Shown: piece after piece, positions 37,908-47,517 of the stretch
How positions within the stretch are numbered: position 1 is the first letter of the stretch
Layout: each line of letters opens with the position of its first letter
From: Alphaproteobacteria bacterium
GTDB lineage: Bacteria; Pseudomonadota; Alphaproteobacteria; CALKHQ01
DNA: 64,000 nt
NCBI GenBank assembly: GCA_965227515.1
Contig: CBDDFZ010000001.1
Coordinates: 3,648,001 to 3,712,000, forward strand
Direction of reading: 5' to 3'
Notes under the pieces: model-generated
Databases searched by the model: none
Seen by the model: only the letters and a program-made list of their open reading frames with translations
Told to the model about the DNA's origin: nothing
Translations under genes and position numbers: made by a program

Positions 37908-39221
37908 CTACCTTAGCGCCGGCATCCAGTTGCCGTGGGCGGCGATCAGGTCGTCGACCAGCGCCCAGATCTGATCCAGGTCCAGTTCCGCCGCCGTGTG
38001 CGGGTCCAGCATGGCGGCGTGGTAGACGTGCTTGCGCTTACCCGTCGCCAGCGCCTCCACCACCAGCGACTGCACGTTGATCTGGGTTTGCATCATCGCC
38101 GTCAGGTGGGGCGGCAGCGCGCCGACCCGATGCGGGTGGACGCCGGTGCGGTCGACGGTGCACGGCACCTCCACACAGGCGTCAGCCGGCAGATTGTCGA
38201 TCAGGCCGGCATTGGGCACGTTGCCGTTGAAGACATACGGCACACCGGTGGTCGCCGCCTCCATGATCGCGGCGGCGAACTCACAACTCCGCTCCAGGGC
38301 CAGCGGCTTGCCCGCGAGCACCTCGTCGGCGCTCGCCTGCCACTCCGCGACCTGCGCCTCGCAGCGGCGCGGGTACTCGTCGAGCGGGATGTTGAAGCGC
38401 TCGATCAGGTCCGGCCGGTCGCGCTTGATGAACCAGGGCACGTATTCCGCGAAGTGCTCGCTGGACTCGGTGACGAAATAGCCGGTGCGCTTCAACAGCT
38501 CGTAGCGCACGCGGTTGTCGTCGGGCACACCGCCATTGGCCGCCACCGCCTGCAATCGGGGATACAGGTCTTCGACGTGGCCGTCGGCGTGATGCTTCTC
38601 GAACCGGGTGTAGAACGCCATGTGGTTGATGCCGGCGCACTCGTAAGCAATGTCGTCGACCGCCTCGCCGAGGTCCTCGGCCAGATCCATCGCGGTGAGC
38701 TGCACGCTGTGGCAGAGCCCGACCACCTTGATGTCGGGGGCAAGCCGCGCCAGCGCCCAGCAGTTGATCGCCATCGGATTGACGTACTGCAGCATCAGCG
38801 CATCGGGGCACAGCCGGCGCATGTCCGCGGCGATGTCCAGCAGAACCGGGGCGGTGCGCAGGCCGCGCATGATGCCGCCCACCCCCAGTGTGTCGCCGAT
38901 GGTCTGGCGCAGGCCGTATTTCTTCGGCACCTCGAAGTCGGTCACCGTGCACGGCTCGTAGCCGCCGACCTGGATCATCAGGATCACGAAGTCGGCGCCG
39001 TCCAGGCAGCGCACGCGGTCCGTGCTGGCGAATATCGTGGGCGTGGCATCGGCAGCCTCGGCCATGCGCCGCGCCACCTGTTCCGACACGTCAAGGCGGC
39101 CGGCGTCTATGTCGTGCAGGGCAATCGTCGCCGACTTCAGCGCAGGGGTCTGCAACACGTCGGCCACGATGCGCCGCATGAACACGGTGCTGCCGGCCCC
39201 GATGATAGCAATGTGCGGCAC
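37908..39221 (-). CDS. melA: NAD+-dependent alpha-galactosidase, GH4
   Basis: IGAGSTVF, QVGGYEPCTVTDF, QTIGDTLG.GGIMR, YVNPM, GLCHSVQ, AGINHMAF and TESSEHFAEY motifs. Confidence 0.9.
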   Translation of the reverse strand: MPHIAIIGAGSTVFMRRIVADVLQTPALKSATIALHDIDAGRLDVSEQVARRMAEAADATPTIFASTDRVRCLDGADFVILMIQVGGYEPCTVTDFEVPKKYGLRQTIGDTLGVGGIMRGLRTAPVLLDIAADMRRLCPDALMLQYVNPMAINCWALARLAPDIKVVGLCHSVQLTAMDLAEDLGEAVDDIAYECAGINHMAFYTRFEKHHADGHVEDLYPRLQAVAANGGVPDDNRVRYELLKRTGYFVTESSEHFAEYVPWFIKRDRPDLIERFNIPLDEYPRRCEAQVAEWQASADEVLAGKPLALERSCEFAAAIMEAATTGVPYVFNGNVPNAGLIDNLPADACVEVPCTVDRTGVHPHRVGALPPHLTAMMQTQINVQSLVVEALATGKRKHVYHAAMLDPHTAAELDLDQIWALVDDLIAAHGNWMPALR

Positions 39222-39291
39222 GAATGCCCCCGGCTTGTGGATATCTGGTCGTGAATGTGCGGCGGTTAGCTAAGCGCCTCACCCGCCCGGC

Positions 39292-39331
39292 GGTCTTATC
39301 GCCGCCGCCGCAACACTTCCTGAAATCTAAG
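39292..39331. promoter_or_regulatory. Candidate MelR binding site upstream of melA
   Basis: GGTCTT-N19-TTCCTGAAATCTAAG; core is 13/15 identical to 36772-36786. Confidence 0.55.
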
Positions 39332-40271
39332 CCGCACCATCCGGCATCTCATCGTGCTTCAGGTTCAGCCAGTCGAGGTGTTGCTGTGCCAACTCGACCT
39401 TGAAGGCGGCCATGCTGTCGTTCAGTTCGTCGATCGAGCGCGGGCCGATCAGCGCGTAGGACGGGAACGGCTGGCACAGCACATAGGCGGCGGCGACGTG
39501 CGCGGCCTCGACGCCGAAGCGCGATGCCAAGGCCGCGGCACGCCTGCGGCGCTCCCGGTTGTCGGCGCTGTCGAAACAGTCGTCCGGCCGGGTGCCCTCC
39601 GGCAGCGCGGCCATCGCGCCGGCATCCTGGTAGAAGTAGCCGCGGGCCTGCGAGGACCACGAAAAGTGGGTCATCTGGGTCTCGGTCAGGAACGCCAGCG
39701 TCGCGTCATCGGACGAGGAAATGCAGCCATCCCACACCGGGCGCTGCATGTGCGCCAGCGACAGGTTGTTGTTGAGGATGGCGAAGCCCTGCTTACCGCT
39801 GCGCGCGGCATAGTCGTTGGCGGCCTGCATCCGGCCGACGGTCCAGTTGGAGCCGCCGAACACCGTGACCAGCCCGGCGTCGACCTGAGCGTTCAGCACG
39901 TCGACAAACTCGTCGACCGGCACATCCGCATTGTCGCGATGCATGATGAAGATCGGCGCGCGCGGCAGTTGCAGCCGGTCGAGCGACTCATGCAGCTGCG
40001 CGACCAGTGCCTCCGGGTTGCAGTTCGGCGTGTGCGCGCCCTTGACGACGACCACGGTCCGGTCGGCAACGCCTGCATGCTTCAGCCAGGCCCCCAGCGC
40101 GCGCTCGCACGCCCCGTTCTGATAGATGTGCGCGGTGTCGAACGTGGTGCCGCCGCATGCCAGGAACGCATCCCAGATCGGCGCCCCCTCCTCCATCGTC
40201 AGCTTGTTGTCGCAGCCGAGGATCAGCTTCGACACATCGACATCCAGGCCAGCCGGCCTTCCGTATTGCAT
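39327..40271 (-). CDS. Aldo/keto reductase
   Basis: FDTAHIY, VVKG, SLDRLQ, MHRD and GGSNW motifs; ATG at 40271 after GGAG. Confidence 0.9.
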   Translation of the reverse strand: MQYGRPAGLDVDVSKLILGCDNKLTMEEGAPIWDAFLACGGTTFDTAHIYQNGACERALGAWLKHAGVADRTVVVVKGAHTPNCNPEALVAQLHESLDRLQLPRAPIFIMHRDNADVPVDEFVDVLNAQVDAGLVTVFGGSNWTVGRMQAANDYAARSGKQGFAILNNNLSLAHMQRPVWDGCISSSDDATLAFLTETQMTHFSWSSQARGYFYQDAGAMAALPEGTRPDDCFDSADNRERRRRAAALASRFGVEAAHVAAAYVLCQPFPSYALIGPRSIDELNDSMAAFKVELAQQHLDWLNLKHDEMPDGAA

Positions 40272-40389
40272 GGCGTCTCCAATGAGGAACAAGCGCGGGC
40301 GATGACCCGCCAGCGACCGCTACGACTGCGCTGGCGGGGCGGGCAATGTCAATGGCAATGGGTCAACCAAGGCTCAGACAAAAACGCGA

Positions 40390-41523
40390 TCAGAGTGCCG
40401 CTCCGGCGCGGCGCGCGCCCTCGCCCAACGTGGCCAGCTTGGCATAGGCGATCTCGGGGTCGATGGCGCCGAAGCCGGCAAAGGTGCCGAAACCGCAATC
40501 GGTGCCGGCAATCACGCGCTCGGGCCCGACGATGTCGACGAACCGCGAGATACGCTCGGCGACCAGGCTCGGGTGCTCGACGAAATTGGTCGTGGTGTCG
40601 ATGACACCGGGCACCAGCACCGTGTCCGCCGGAATGTCGGCGGCCCGGTCCGCGATCACCCGCCATTCGTGCCCGTGGCGCGGGTTGGCGGTCTCGAACA
40701 GCAGATACTGCGCGCGCACGCTCATCAGTACGTCGAGCACGCGCTCCAGGCCGATATCGCAAACGTGGGGACCTTCGTAATTGCCCCAGCAGATATGCAC
40801 CCGCACCCGGTCGCGCGGCACGTTGCGCAACGCTTGGTTCAATGCCGCCACGTTGGTGCGCGCCTCTGCCACGAAGGCGTCGTCGGACAGGTCCTGGAAC
40901 ATCATGTGCCGGGAGAGCGCCAGGTCCGGGCAGTCGAGCTGCAGGTCGAGCCCGGCGGCGGCGATGGCTTCGTACTCGGCGGCCATGGCCTCGGCCAGCG
41001 CTTCCAGATACGCCTGCCGGCTGGGGTAGTGCTGGTTGGGCAGGAACAGCGAAATGACGCCGGGGGACGCGGCGTTCATGAAGCCCCGTTCCACGCCATT
41101 CGCCGCCATGGCGGCTTTCAGGCGCGCGATGTCGGCCTCCAGCTCCCCGGTGTCCTTCGAGGTGACCGGGCCGGTGCACTGTGGGCGCGCGTATTTCGGC
41201 GTGGCGCCGCTGGCGGCCAGGCGCTTCAGGAACGAGGGGAACTGCTGCAGGTCGGCCGGCGGGCTGCGCGGCGTGTCGCCGGAAAAGCCCGTGTAGCGGT
41301 CCTTCACATAGGTGGCGTAGGAGATTTTCGACATCTCGCCGTCGGACACGATGTCGATGCCGGCATCGCGCTGCCGTCCCACCGCTTCAGTGACCGCTTC
41401 GTCCAGTGCGGCATCGAAGGCGGCCTGGTCGACGGCCTCGCCATTCTCGCGCGCGAAAATCTGGTCGACGACCGCTTGGGGGCGCGGCAGCGAGCCGACA
41501 TGCGTGGTCAGGATTTTCGGCAT
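40390..41523 (-). CDS. Cobalamin-independent methionine synthase II-like (single-barrel MetE/epoxyalkane:CoM transferase family) Zn enzyme
   Basis: THVGSLPRP, SDGE, QLDCP and the Zn-ligand motifs HICWGNY, FE and DCGF. Confidence 0.88.
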   Translation of the reverse strand: MPKILTTHVGSLPRPQAVVDQIFARENGEAVDQAAFDAALDEAVTEAVGRQRDAGIDIVSDGEMSKISYATYVKDRYTGFSGDTPRSPPADLQQFPSFLKRLAASGATPKYARPQCTGPVTSKDTGELEADIARLKAAMAANGVERGFMNAASPGVISLFLPNQHYPSRQAYLEALAEAMAAEYEAIAAAGLDLQLDCPDLALSRHMMFQDLSDDAFVAEARTNVAALNQALRNVPRDRVRVHICWGNYEGPHVCDIGLERVLDVLMSVRAQYLLFETANPRHGHEWRVIADRAADIPADTVLVPGVIDTTTNFVEHPSLVAERISRFVDIVGPERVIAGTDCGFGTFAGFGAIDPEIAYAKLATLGEGARRAGAAL

Positions 41524-41564
41524 GGTTCCATCATTCTTTGCTCTGATCTCTCATACCCAACCTC

Positions 41565-41740
41565 GTCACCCTCGCGCTTGTCGCGAGGGTCCATTGGCGT
41601 GGCAGGCGCCATGTTGCGCATCGCATGCTCGAACTCTGACCCGCATCGAACATGCCAGCCTTCCCCTGTCGCTATTTCCTCATTGGAGGCGAAAGGGCCT
41701 CGGCGCTGAAATGGGTCCTCGCCACGAGGGCGAGGACGAC
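41565..41740. repeat. REPIN-like doublet, GTCGCCCTCGCC family
   Basis: 30-bp arms GTCACCCTCGCGCTTGTCGCGAGGGTCCAT and ATGGGTCCTCGCCACGAGGGCGAGGACGAC. Confidence 0.85.
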
Positions 41741-41765
41741 AATCGTAGGAACTGTTTCATCGCGA

Positions 41766-42746
41766 TCACTCCCGTGTCGGGCCGGCGTCGTCGCCGGTCT
41801 TGCGCACGCGGAACAAGGCGGTCTCCCCGTTCATGGTCGGCGCAAGGCTTCGCTCGACACCGGCGGGCAGTGAGCACACGTCGCCCGGCGCCAGCGTGGC
41901 GGCGGCGCCGTTGGTGGCGACACGCCAGTGCCCGCGATGCACCATCAAGACCTCGTGCCGGTCGGGCGTGTAGGGCGCGCCCTCGCCGTCTTGCCCGCTT
42001 TGCAGGAACGCGACCTCGAAGCCGGTGCGGTCACGGATCATCGTGGAGTTGCCGGTGCCGATGACGGTCGCTGGCACGTCCGCCGACAATGCCTTCATGT
42101 CCCAGTAGCGGCGCACGAAACGGGGCACGACATCGGCGGCGGGCGTTTCCGGGAATTCGGCCAACTCCGCGTCGGTCAACAGCGGCATCGGGGCCACGCC
42201 GTCCGGCAGCCGTTCGCCCTTGGCGGTGTCATAGAGCCGTCCGGTCTCCGCCAGCACCAGGCCATGCTCCCGCGCCGCCTCGATGACGTGGGGCGCCCAC
42301 ACAACCCCGCCACCGGCGTCGTCGCCGCCCAGGATCGACATGATCATCCCGTAGTCGGTGCCGATGTTCTCGAACCCGCGGAAGATGCCCGTGGGAATAT
42401 CGAAGATGTCGCCTTCTTCCAGCACCACCTCGCCAGCGGCGCCGTGCAGGCCCCAGAAGAAGCGCCAGCGCCCATGCAGAACGAAGAACACCTCGGCGGT
42501 GCGGTGGGAGTGCATGGAATTCTTGCAGCCCGGCGGTTGGCCGGCGGCGCCGATGTTGAAGCCCGGCGTGTCGTGCAGGTGCACGTGCTGGTCGGTGCTC
42601 TCCGAAACGCCGGCGCCGATGATGGTGAAGTTCTCCTTGCGGTCGGAACCAGGCGTGTGCGCGTCGATGAAGGCGGTGCGGCACGGCTTCAGGTCGCCAT
42701 AGCGCACGATGCGGGATTCAAGCTCGGACGGCGTCATGGCGGTCAT
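41766..42746 (-). CDS. Cupin-domain protein (probable bicupin)
   Basis: HSHRTAEVFFVLHG..GDIFDIP.G cupin motifs; a second degenerate cupin (EVLMVHRG..L.PGD..LPAG) at the C-terminus. Confidence 0.8.
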   Translation of the reverse strand: MTAMTPSELESRIVRYGDLKPCRTAFIDAHTPGSDRKENFTIIGAGVSESTDQHVHLHDTPGFNIGAAGQPPGCKNSMHSHRTAEVFFVLHGRWRFFWGLHGAAGEVVLEEGDIFDIPTGIFRGFENIGTDYGMIMSILGGDDAGGGVVWAPHVIEAAREHGLVLAETGRLYDTAKGERLPDGVAPMPLLTDAELAEFPETPAADVVPRFVRRYWDMKALSADVPATVIGTGNSTMIRDRTGFEVAFLQSGQDGEGAPYTPDRHEVLMVHRGHWRVATNGAAATLAPGDVCSLPAGVERSLAPTMNGETALFRVRKTGDDAGPTRE

Positions 42747-43711
42747 GCACCCCGGTGCAACAGGATCTGCTTCCAGATCGCCGTTTCGTCATAGAGCACC
42801 CATTCGCGCCGCAAGCCCCATGGGCCGAATTCGGCATGGCTGAAGCCCATGAGATGGACCGGCGCGCCAGAGGGCGGACCGAACGGGCCCCAGCCATCGT
42901 GCCGCCCGTCCAGCGACCAGCGCAGGGCCGCGCGCGGCGGCATCTTCGGGTCGTCGCGTCCGATCCGGTGGTGGACAGCGAAGGTCGCGGCGGGAAAGGC
43001 GGATCGCAGGCCCAGCCAGAAGGCGTCCGCCGCCGCCCAGCCATGGCCCGATACGCCACCCGGGTGCTCAAGATGGCAGGCGCGGTCGTAGGTCGAGGGA
43101 ATGGCAGCGAAGTCGGCGTTCATGACGCGCCGCAGCAGGTCGGCATACTCCTCCCCGGCGGCATGATCGTTGCCCTTGCCGGTGTAAATGAGCGGCGCGT
43201 CCCGGTCCGGCGTGAAGGGCCGGCTTGCATGCTCCGGGCCGCCCTCGGCGGCGATGCGGTCGGCAGCGTACTGCTGGGGCGCGATGCCCAACTGCCGCAC
43301 GATCGCGCCCTGATCGCGCACCAGCCACTCGTCATAGACCTGGTTGTTGCGGCAGGCGCAGTCGGCGATGGCGCGGTAGCGCAGCGTCTTGCCCGTCGCC
43401 GGGCCGTATGTGCCGCTGGCCAGGTGCGTGGCGGTGCACATCAGCCGGTGGGAAGACAGAAAGTCATCCTCGGTGCCCGACCAGATGACGTCCTCGCCGA
43501 ACAACTGACGATCCGGCAGTTCAGCCAATGTTGCGGTGGTGGCCGCGATGACCGCCTGGTTGCCGGTGACCACGCCGGCCGGCGACCGCACCGCGATGTC
43601 GTCGGTGTAGTAGTGATTGAGGGTATCGACGCCCCTGTCTTCCCAGATCTCCTTGGTGATGCCGAGAATGTAGTCGGGCGGATCGGCGAACTTCGGGTCG
43701 AAGCCCTTCAC
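42743..43711 (-). CDS. SnoaL-like/ester cyclase (NTF2-fold) protein, two domains
   Basis: EIWEDR..L..YY..D, ATH..G.YGPATGK, EWLVRD; second domain G.H.G.G.FG.PSG..EWVLYD. Confidence 0.78.
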   Translation of the reverse strand: MKGFDPKFADPPDYILGITKEIWEDRGVDTLNHYYTDDIAVRSPAGVVTGNQAVIAATTATLAELPDRQLFGEDVIWSGTEDDFLSSHRLMCTATHLASGTYGPATGKTLRYRAIADCACRNNQVYDEWLVRDQGAIVRQLGIAPQQYAADRIAAEGGPEHASRPFTPDRDAPLIYTGKGNDHAAGEEYADLLRRVMNADFAAIPSTYDRACHLEHPGGVSGHGWAAADAFWLGLRSAFPAATFAVHHRIGRDDPKMPPRAALRWSLDGRHDGWGPFGPPSGAPVHLMGFSHAEFGPWGLRREWVLYDETAIWKQILLHRGA

Positions 43712-44724
43712 GTGGCAGCCTCCGTGGGGATGCGCGCAGACGTGCGCACGATGAGCGGCGCGTCGATGATCGTGCGCTGGGGCTCACTGTCCCCGCGCTC
43801 GATCCGCGCCAGCAAGGTATCGACCACCGCGTCCACCATGTCGTCGGCGGATTGCCGGATCGTGGTCAGGCCATAGGTCGGCCAGGCGGCCTGGGGCACG
43901 TCGTCGTAGCCGACGATGGACACGTCTTCCGGCACCCTGAGCCCGAACTCGCCGCGCAGCACGTCCATGACGGCAATCGCCATGTGGTCGTTGGCGACGA
44001 ACACGGCGTCGGGACGGTCCGCGCGTTCGAACATGCGGCGTGCGGCGGCCTCCGCATCCGGAAAGCTGTAGTTGCCGACGTCGCGCGCGAAGAGGCTCAG
44101 GCCGTGCGCCTCCAGGCCGGCGAGGAACCCGGCTTCGCGGTCGCGCTGGGTCGCAGCACCTTCCCAACCGGCGATGTAGGCAATGCGCTTGTGCCCACCC
44201 GCGGCAAGGAATTCGGCCAGCCTTCGGCCACCCGCCAGATTGTCGCCGGTGACGGCGGAAAACCTGGGATCGTCCTGGGCGCGGTTGAACAGCACGACCG
44301 GCACCCCGGCATCGTCGCACCGCGCGGCCAGGTCGGACGACATGGACGCCGACGCCAGCACGATGCCATCGGCCTGGTAGTTCAGGATCTTGTCGAGCAG
44401 GTCGTCGACATTGGCCGCCGTCTGCGGCGCCATGAACATCAAGATGTGGTAGCCGCGCTGTTGCAGCGCGCGTGACAGCAGTTCCAGCGCGGTCGGGTAG
44501 AACAGATTGTCCAGGTAGGCGACGACCAGACCGATGATGCGGCTGCGCCCGGTGATCAGCGAGCGGGCAAGCGCATTCGGCCTGTAGCCAAGCTCCTGCG
44601 CCGCCTTCAGCACCTTGGCGCGCGTCTTGATGCTGACGCTGCCGCCGGGGGTGAAGGTGCGGCTGACCGCCGATTGGCTGACCCCGGCATGTCGCGCCAC
44701 GTCGGTGGAGGACGGCCTGCTCAT
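43708..44724 (-). CDS. LacI-family transcriptional regulator (HpsR-like by context)
   Basis: DVARHAGVSQSAVSR HTH, LGYRPNALARSL, ND.MA, VPEDVSIVGYDD and LTTIRQ motifs. Confidence 0.93.
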   Translation of the reverse strand: MSRPSSTDVARHAGVSQSAVSRTFTPGGSVSIKTRAKVLKAAQELGYRPNALARSLITGRSRIIGLVVAYLDNLFYPTALELLSRALQQRGYHILMFMAPQTAANVDDLLDKILNYQADGIVLASASMSSDLAARCDDAGVPVVLFNRAQDDPRFSAVTGDNLAGGRRLAEFLAAGGHKRIAYIAGWEGAATQRDREAGFLAGLEAHGLSLFARDVGNYSFPDAEAAARRMFERADRPDAVFVANDHMAIAVMDVLRGEFGLRVPEDVSIVGYDDVPQAAWPTYGLTTIRQSADDMVDAVVDTLLARIERGDSEPQRTIIDAPLIVRTSARIPTEAAT

Positions 44725-45272
44725 GCCCCCTCACCATCGCGCCGCGGCGTTGCAGCGTCTGCCTCGTCGTGCCCCTGGTCGAACTTCTCCCACCCCTCGC
44801 CGTTGAAGGGGTCGACGCCGAGCTGGCGCATCACGTGGGGGAAATCGACCATCACCCAATTGTCGACGATCTTGCCGTCCTTCACTTTCCAGAAGTCCAT
44901 GTAGCGGATCTCGACCCGCTTGCCGGTGGGCGCGATGCCCATGAACTCGCCCGAGTGCACCGCCTCCTGCCGGCCGAAGGCGGCCATCCACTCGCCCTCC
45001 GCGATCCGCGCCTCATCGATGCACACCTTGTCCGAGAACGCGGCCTGGAACGGGCGTTGCCAGTTGTCCTGGAACTCGCGCAAGCCCGCCTTGGTGCCAC
45101 AACCGGCATTGCCGTACCAATGGAAACCGTTGGCAAAAAACGCACCGATATCGTCGATGCGGTGGTCGTTCAGCCCGTCGACCATGGTCTCGACAACACG
45201 TCTGGTCTCCGCCGTCTTCGACAGATCGTTCTCGCGGGTCAGGGCCGCTTGCGGAGGGCGGGCGCCAGCCAT
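44721..45272 (-). CDS. SnoaL-like/ester cyclase protein, single domain
   Basis: WYGNAGCG, HSGEFMGIAPTGK, MDFWK..GKIVDNWVMVD; ATG at 45272. Confidence 0.85.
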   Translation of the reverse strand: MAGARPPQAALTRENDLSKTAETRRVVETMVDGLNDHRIDDIGAFFANGFHWYGNAGCGTKAGLREFQDNWQRPFQAAFSDKVCIDEARIAEGEWMAAFGRQEAVHSGEFMGIAPTGKRVEIRYMDFWKVKDGKIVDNWVMVDFPHVMRQLGVDPFNGEGWEKFDQGHDEADAATPRRDGEGA

Positions 45273-45286
45273 TAGCTCTATCCCCT

Positions 45287-46411
45287 CTAGCCCTTCACCG
45301 CACCGGCGGTCAGGCCGGAGACGATCTGGCGCTGGAACACCATCACCAGCACGAACAGGGGCGCTGTGATGGAGACGGCCGCGGCAACGGCCTCCACCTG
45401 ATCGGTCATCGTGGTTTCGCGGTTGAAGTATTGGGTGATGGAAGGAACCATGGTCATCGATTGCGCGTCCAGCAACAGTGCGGTGACCAGATAGTCGTTG
45501 TAGGCCAGCAGGAACGAGAACAGGCCGGTGGTGATCACCCCCGGCCACATCACCGGCATGATGACGCGGCGGAACGCCTCGAAATGGGTGCAGCCGTCGA
45601 CCCGCGCCGCCTCGTCGAGCTCGGCCGGAATATTCATGAAGAACGAGCGCAGCATCCAGATCGTGAAGGGCTGGTTGATCGACACCAGCACCACGATCAC
45701 CGCCCACGGCTGGCCATAGAACCCGAGATCGATGAACGGCGGCAGGTAGCCGGTGACCAGCACCGAATGCGGCAGCGCGCGGAAGATCAGCGCCAGGATC
45801 AGCAGCCAGAACGCAAGAGACGAGGGCGTGCGCGCCAGGGCGTAGCCGGCCAGCGTGCCCACGGTCAGCGAGACGGTGACCACGCCGGCGGTGACCAGCA
45901 TCGAGTTCAGGAAGTTGTTGTAGAAGCCGTTGTCGACCCAGACCGCCTCATAGTGCTGGGTCGTCATCCCGATCAGCGGATCGACCAGAAAGCCGCCGCC
46001 GGTGGCGCTGCGCAGTGTCTCGGAGATCAGCGGCAGCAGCCAGACCAGTACGAGGCCCACGGCGATGAGGAAGAGCACGCCGGCGACGATCCAGCCGACC
46101 CAGACCTGGCCCGAGACGGCCAGGGTGCGCGCGGCCATCGCGCCATGGCGGCGGGCGAGCCGGGCCGCGAACCAGATCGCGGCAATACCGAGCACGATGT
46201 CGACCGGCGAGAGCCCCGCTCCCGCCGTGCGGGTTGCCGGCCCGAAGATGACGTCCAGTGGGTTGGACGCGAACGCGTCCACCGGCAGCTTGAACGACAT
46301 CACCATGATCCAGAACAACGGGAAGGCCGCGATCAGCATCCAGAATGCGAGGAAGCCGGCCGAGGTCAGTTTCAGCCCCCAGGGCTGGCGCATTGCGCGT
46401 GTTTCCGCCAT
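45287..46411 (-). CDS. Carbohydrate ABC permease with an N-terminal insertion
   Basis: DEAARVDG, YNDY and QRQIVSGLTAGAVKG motifs; two extra hydrophobic helices. Confidence 0.9.
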   Translation of the reverse strand: MAETRAMRQPWGLKLTSAGFLAFWMLIAAFPLFWIMVMSFKLPVDAFASNPLDVIFGPATRTAGAGLSPVDIVLGIAAIWFAARLARRHGAMAARTLAVSGQVWVGWIVAGVLFLIAVGLVLVWLLPLISETLRSATGGGFLVDPLIGMTTQHYEAVWVDNGFYNNFLNSMLVTAGVVTVSLTVGTLAGYALARTPSSLAFWLLILALIFRALPHSVLVTGYLPPFIDLGFYGQPWAVIVVLVSINQPFTIWMLRSFFMNIPAELDEAARVDGCTHFEAFRRVIMPVMWPGVITTGLFSFLLAYNDYLVTALLLDAQSMTMVPSITQYFNRETTMTDQVEAVAAAVSITAPLFVLVMVFQRQIVSGLTAGAVKG

Positions 46412-46420
46412 CGCCGCCCC

Positions 46421-47449
46421 CTATCGCTTCCTGTGGTGGTCGCGCCAGGTGCGCATCAACAGCGGGATCAACAGGATCACGATCCCGACCATGGTCAGCA
46501 TCGAGGTGGCCGACGCGCGCGAGACCGAGCGGTTGCCGCTGTCGTCAGGCGTCAGGAAGTTGAAAGTCAGCCATTGCAGCGATATGCGATGCGCCTGGGA
46601 GCGGAAGCCGATCACCTCCTCGAACACCCGGTAGGCGTCCATCAGGTGGATCAGCGCGATGAACACGATCAGCGGCATCAGGTGCGGGATGACGACGAAG
46701 CGCAACCGCTCCCAGCGCGACGCGCCATCGACGACCGCGCTCTCCAGCGTGTCCATGTTCACCGTTTGCAGGCCGGCGTAGAACACGACGAACGCGAATG
46801 GCGCCACGTGCCAGACGCGGTAGAAAAGCATCAGCACCTCGATCGCCCAGCCATTGGCGAACACCGAGACGTCGTGGCCCAGCATCGCCTCCAGGGCATT
46901 TGTCATCAGCCCGTCGCCGACGAACAGCCAGCGGATCGACAGCGCGCCGATGACCGGCGTGATGATGAACGGCAGCAGCGAGACGAAGATGATCGGGCCG
47001 CGCAGGCGCTTGATGGCGTTGTTGACCGCGACCGCGATCGCCAGGCCGACGCCAATGACCAGCGGCAGGGTGATCAGGGTGAAGGTCAGGGTGAACCTGA
47101 GCGCCTTGTAGAAGTCGATGTTGAGGAGGTCGGCGAGCCCGCCGCCCGCGGCCGAGAAGGCGTCGGCCACCGCCTCCGGCTGCAGCAGGCTGACATAGAC
47201 GTCGAACCCGACAAATGTGGTTTCGGTGACCGGCTGGCCATTCTCATCTAGCACTTGTTGGCGCCGCACCTCCTCGGTGCACACCGGGTTGGGGAAGCCC
47301 GGCGTGCAACTCTCGACCGTCACCTCCTCGAATACCGACTGGGTGAGCAAGAACGACTGCACCAGCACGCTCGCCAGCGGTGCGGCGATAAAGATCACCA
47401 TCAGCGCGACCGACGGCGCCACGAACGCGATGAACGTGCGGCGTTTCAC
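46421..47449 (-). CDS. Carbohydrate ABC permease
   Basis: LPFIITPV, ESAVVDGAS and DAYRVFE motifs. Confidence 0.9.
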   Translation of the reverse strand: MKRRTFIAFVAPSVALMVIFIAAPLASVLVQSFLLTQSVFEEVTVESCTPGFPNPVCTEEVRRQQVLDENGQPVTETTFVGFDVYVSLLQPEAVADAFSAAGGGLADLLNIDFYKALRFTLTFTLITLPLVIGVGLAIAVAVNNAIKRLRGPIIFVSLLPFIITPVIGALSIRWLFVGDGLMTNALEAMLGHDVSVFANGWAIEVLMLFYRVWHVAPFAFVVFYAGLQTVNMDTLESAVVDGASRWERLRFVVIPHLMPLIVFIALIHLMDAYRVFEEVIGFRSQAHRISLQWLTFNFLTPDDSGNRSVSRASATSMLTMVGIVILLIPLLMRTWRDHHRKR

Positions 47450-47517
47450 GTGCGGGGTCCCAGCGGAGTCCAGGCAAGGGCGGCGCGCAGCCCATCCGGC
47501 AGCGCGCCAGCCTCAAC

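Noticed and set aside
37908-39221. GH4 enzyme as an NAD-dependent sulfoquinovosidase feeding the hps cluster
   Set aside because: The sequence carries MelA-type motifs throughout and has its own MelR-linked site; nothing beyond adjacency supports sulfosugar activity.
41524-41765. SAM or cobalamin riboswitch upstream of the MetE-like gene
   Set aside because: The space is occupied by a REPIN-like doublet and I recognise no riboswitch consensus; a covariance-model search would settle it.
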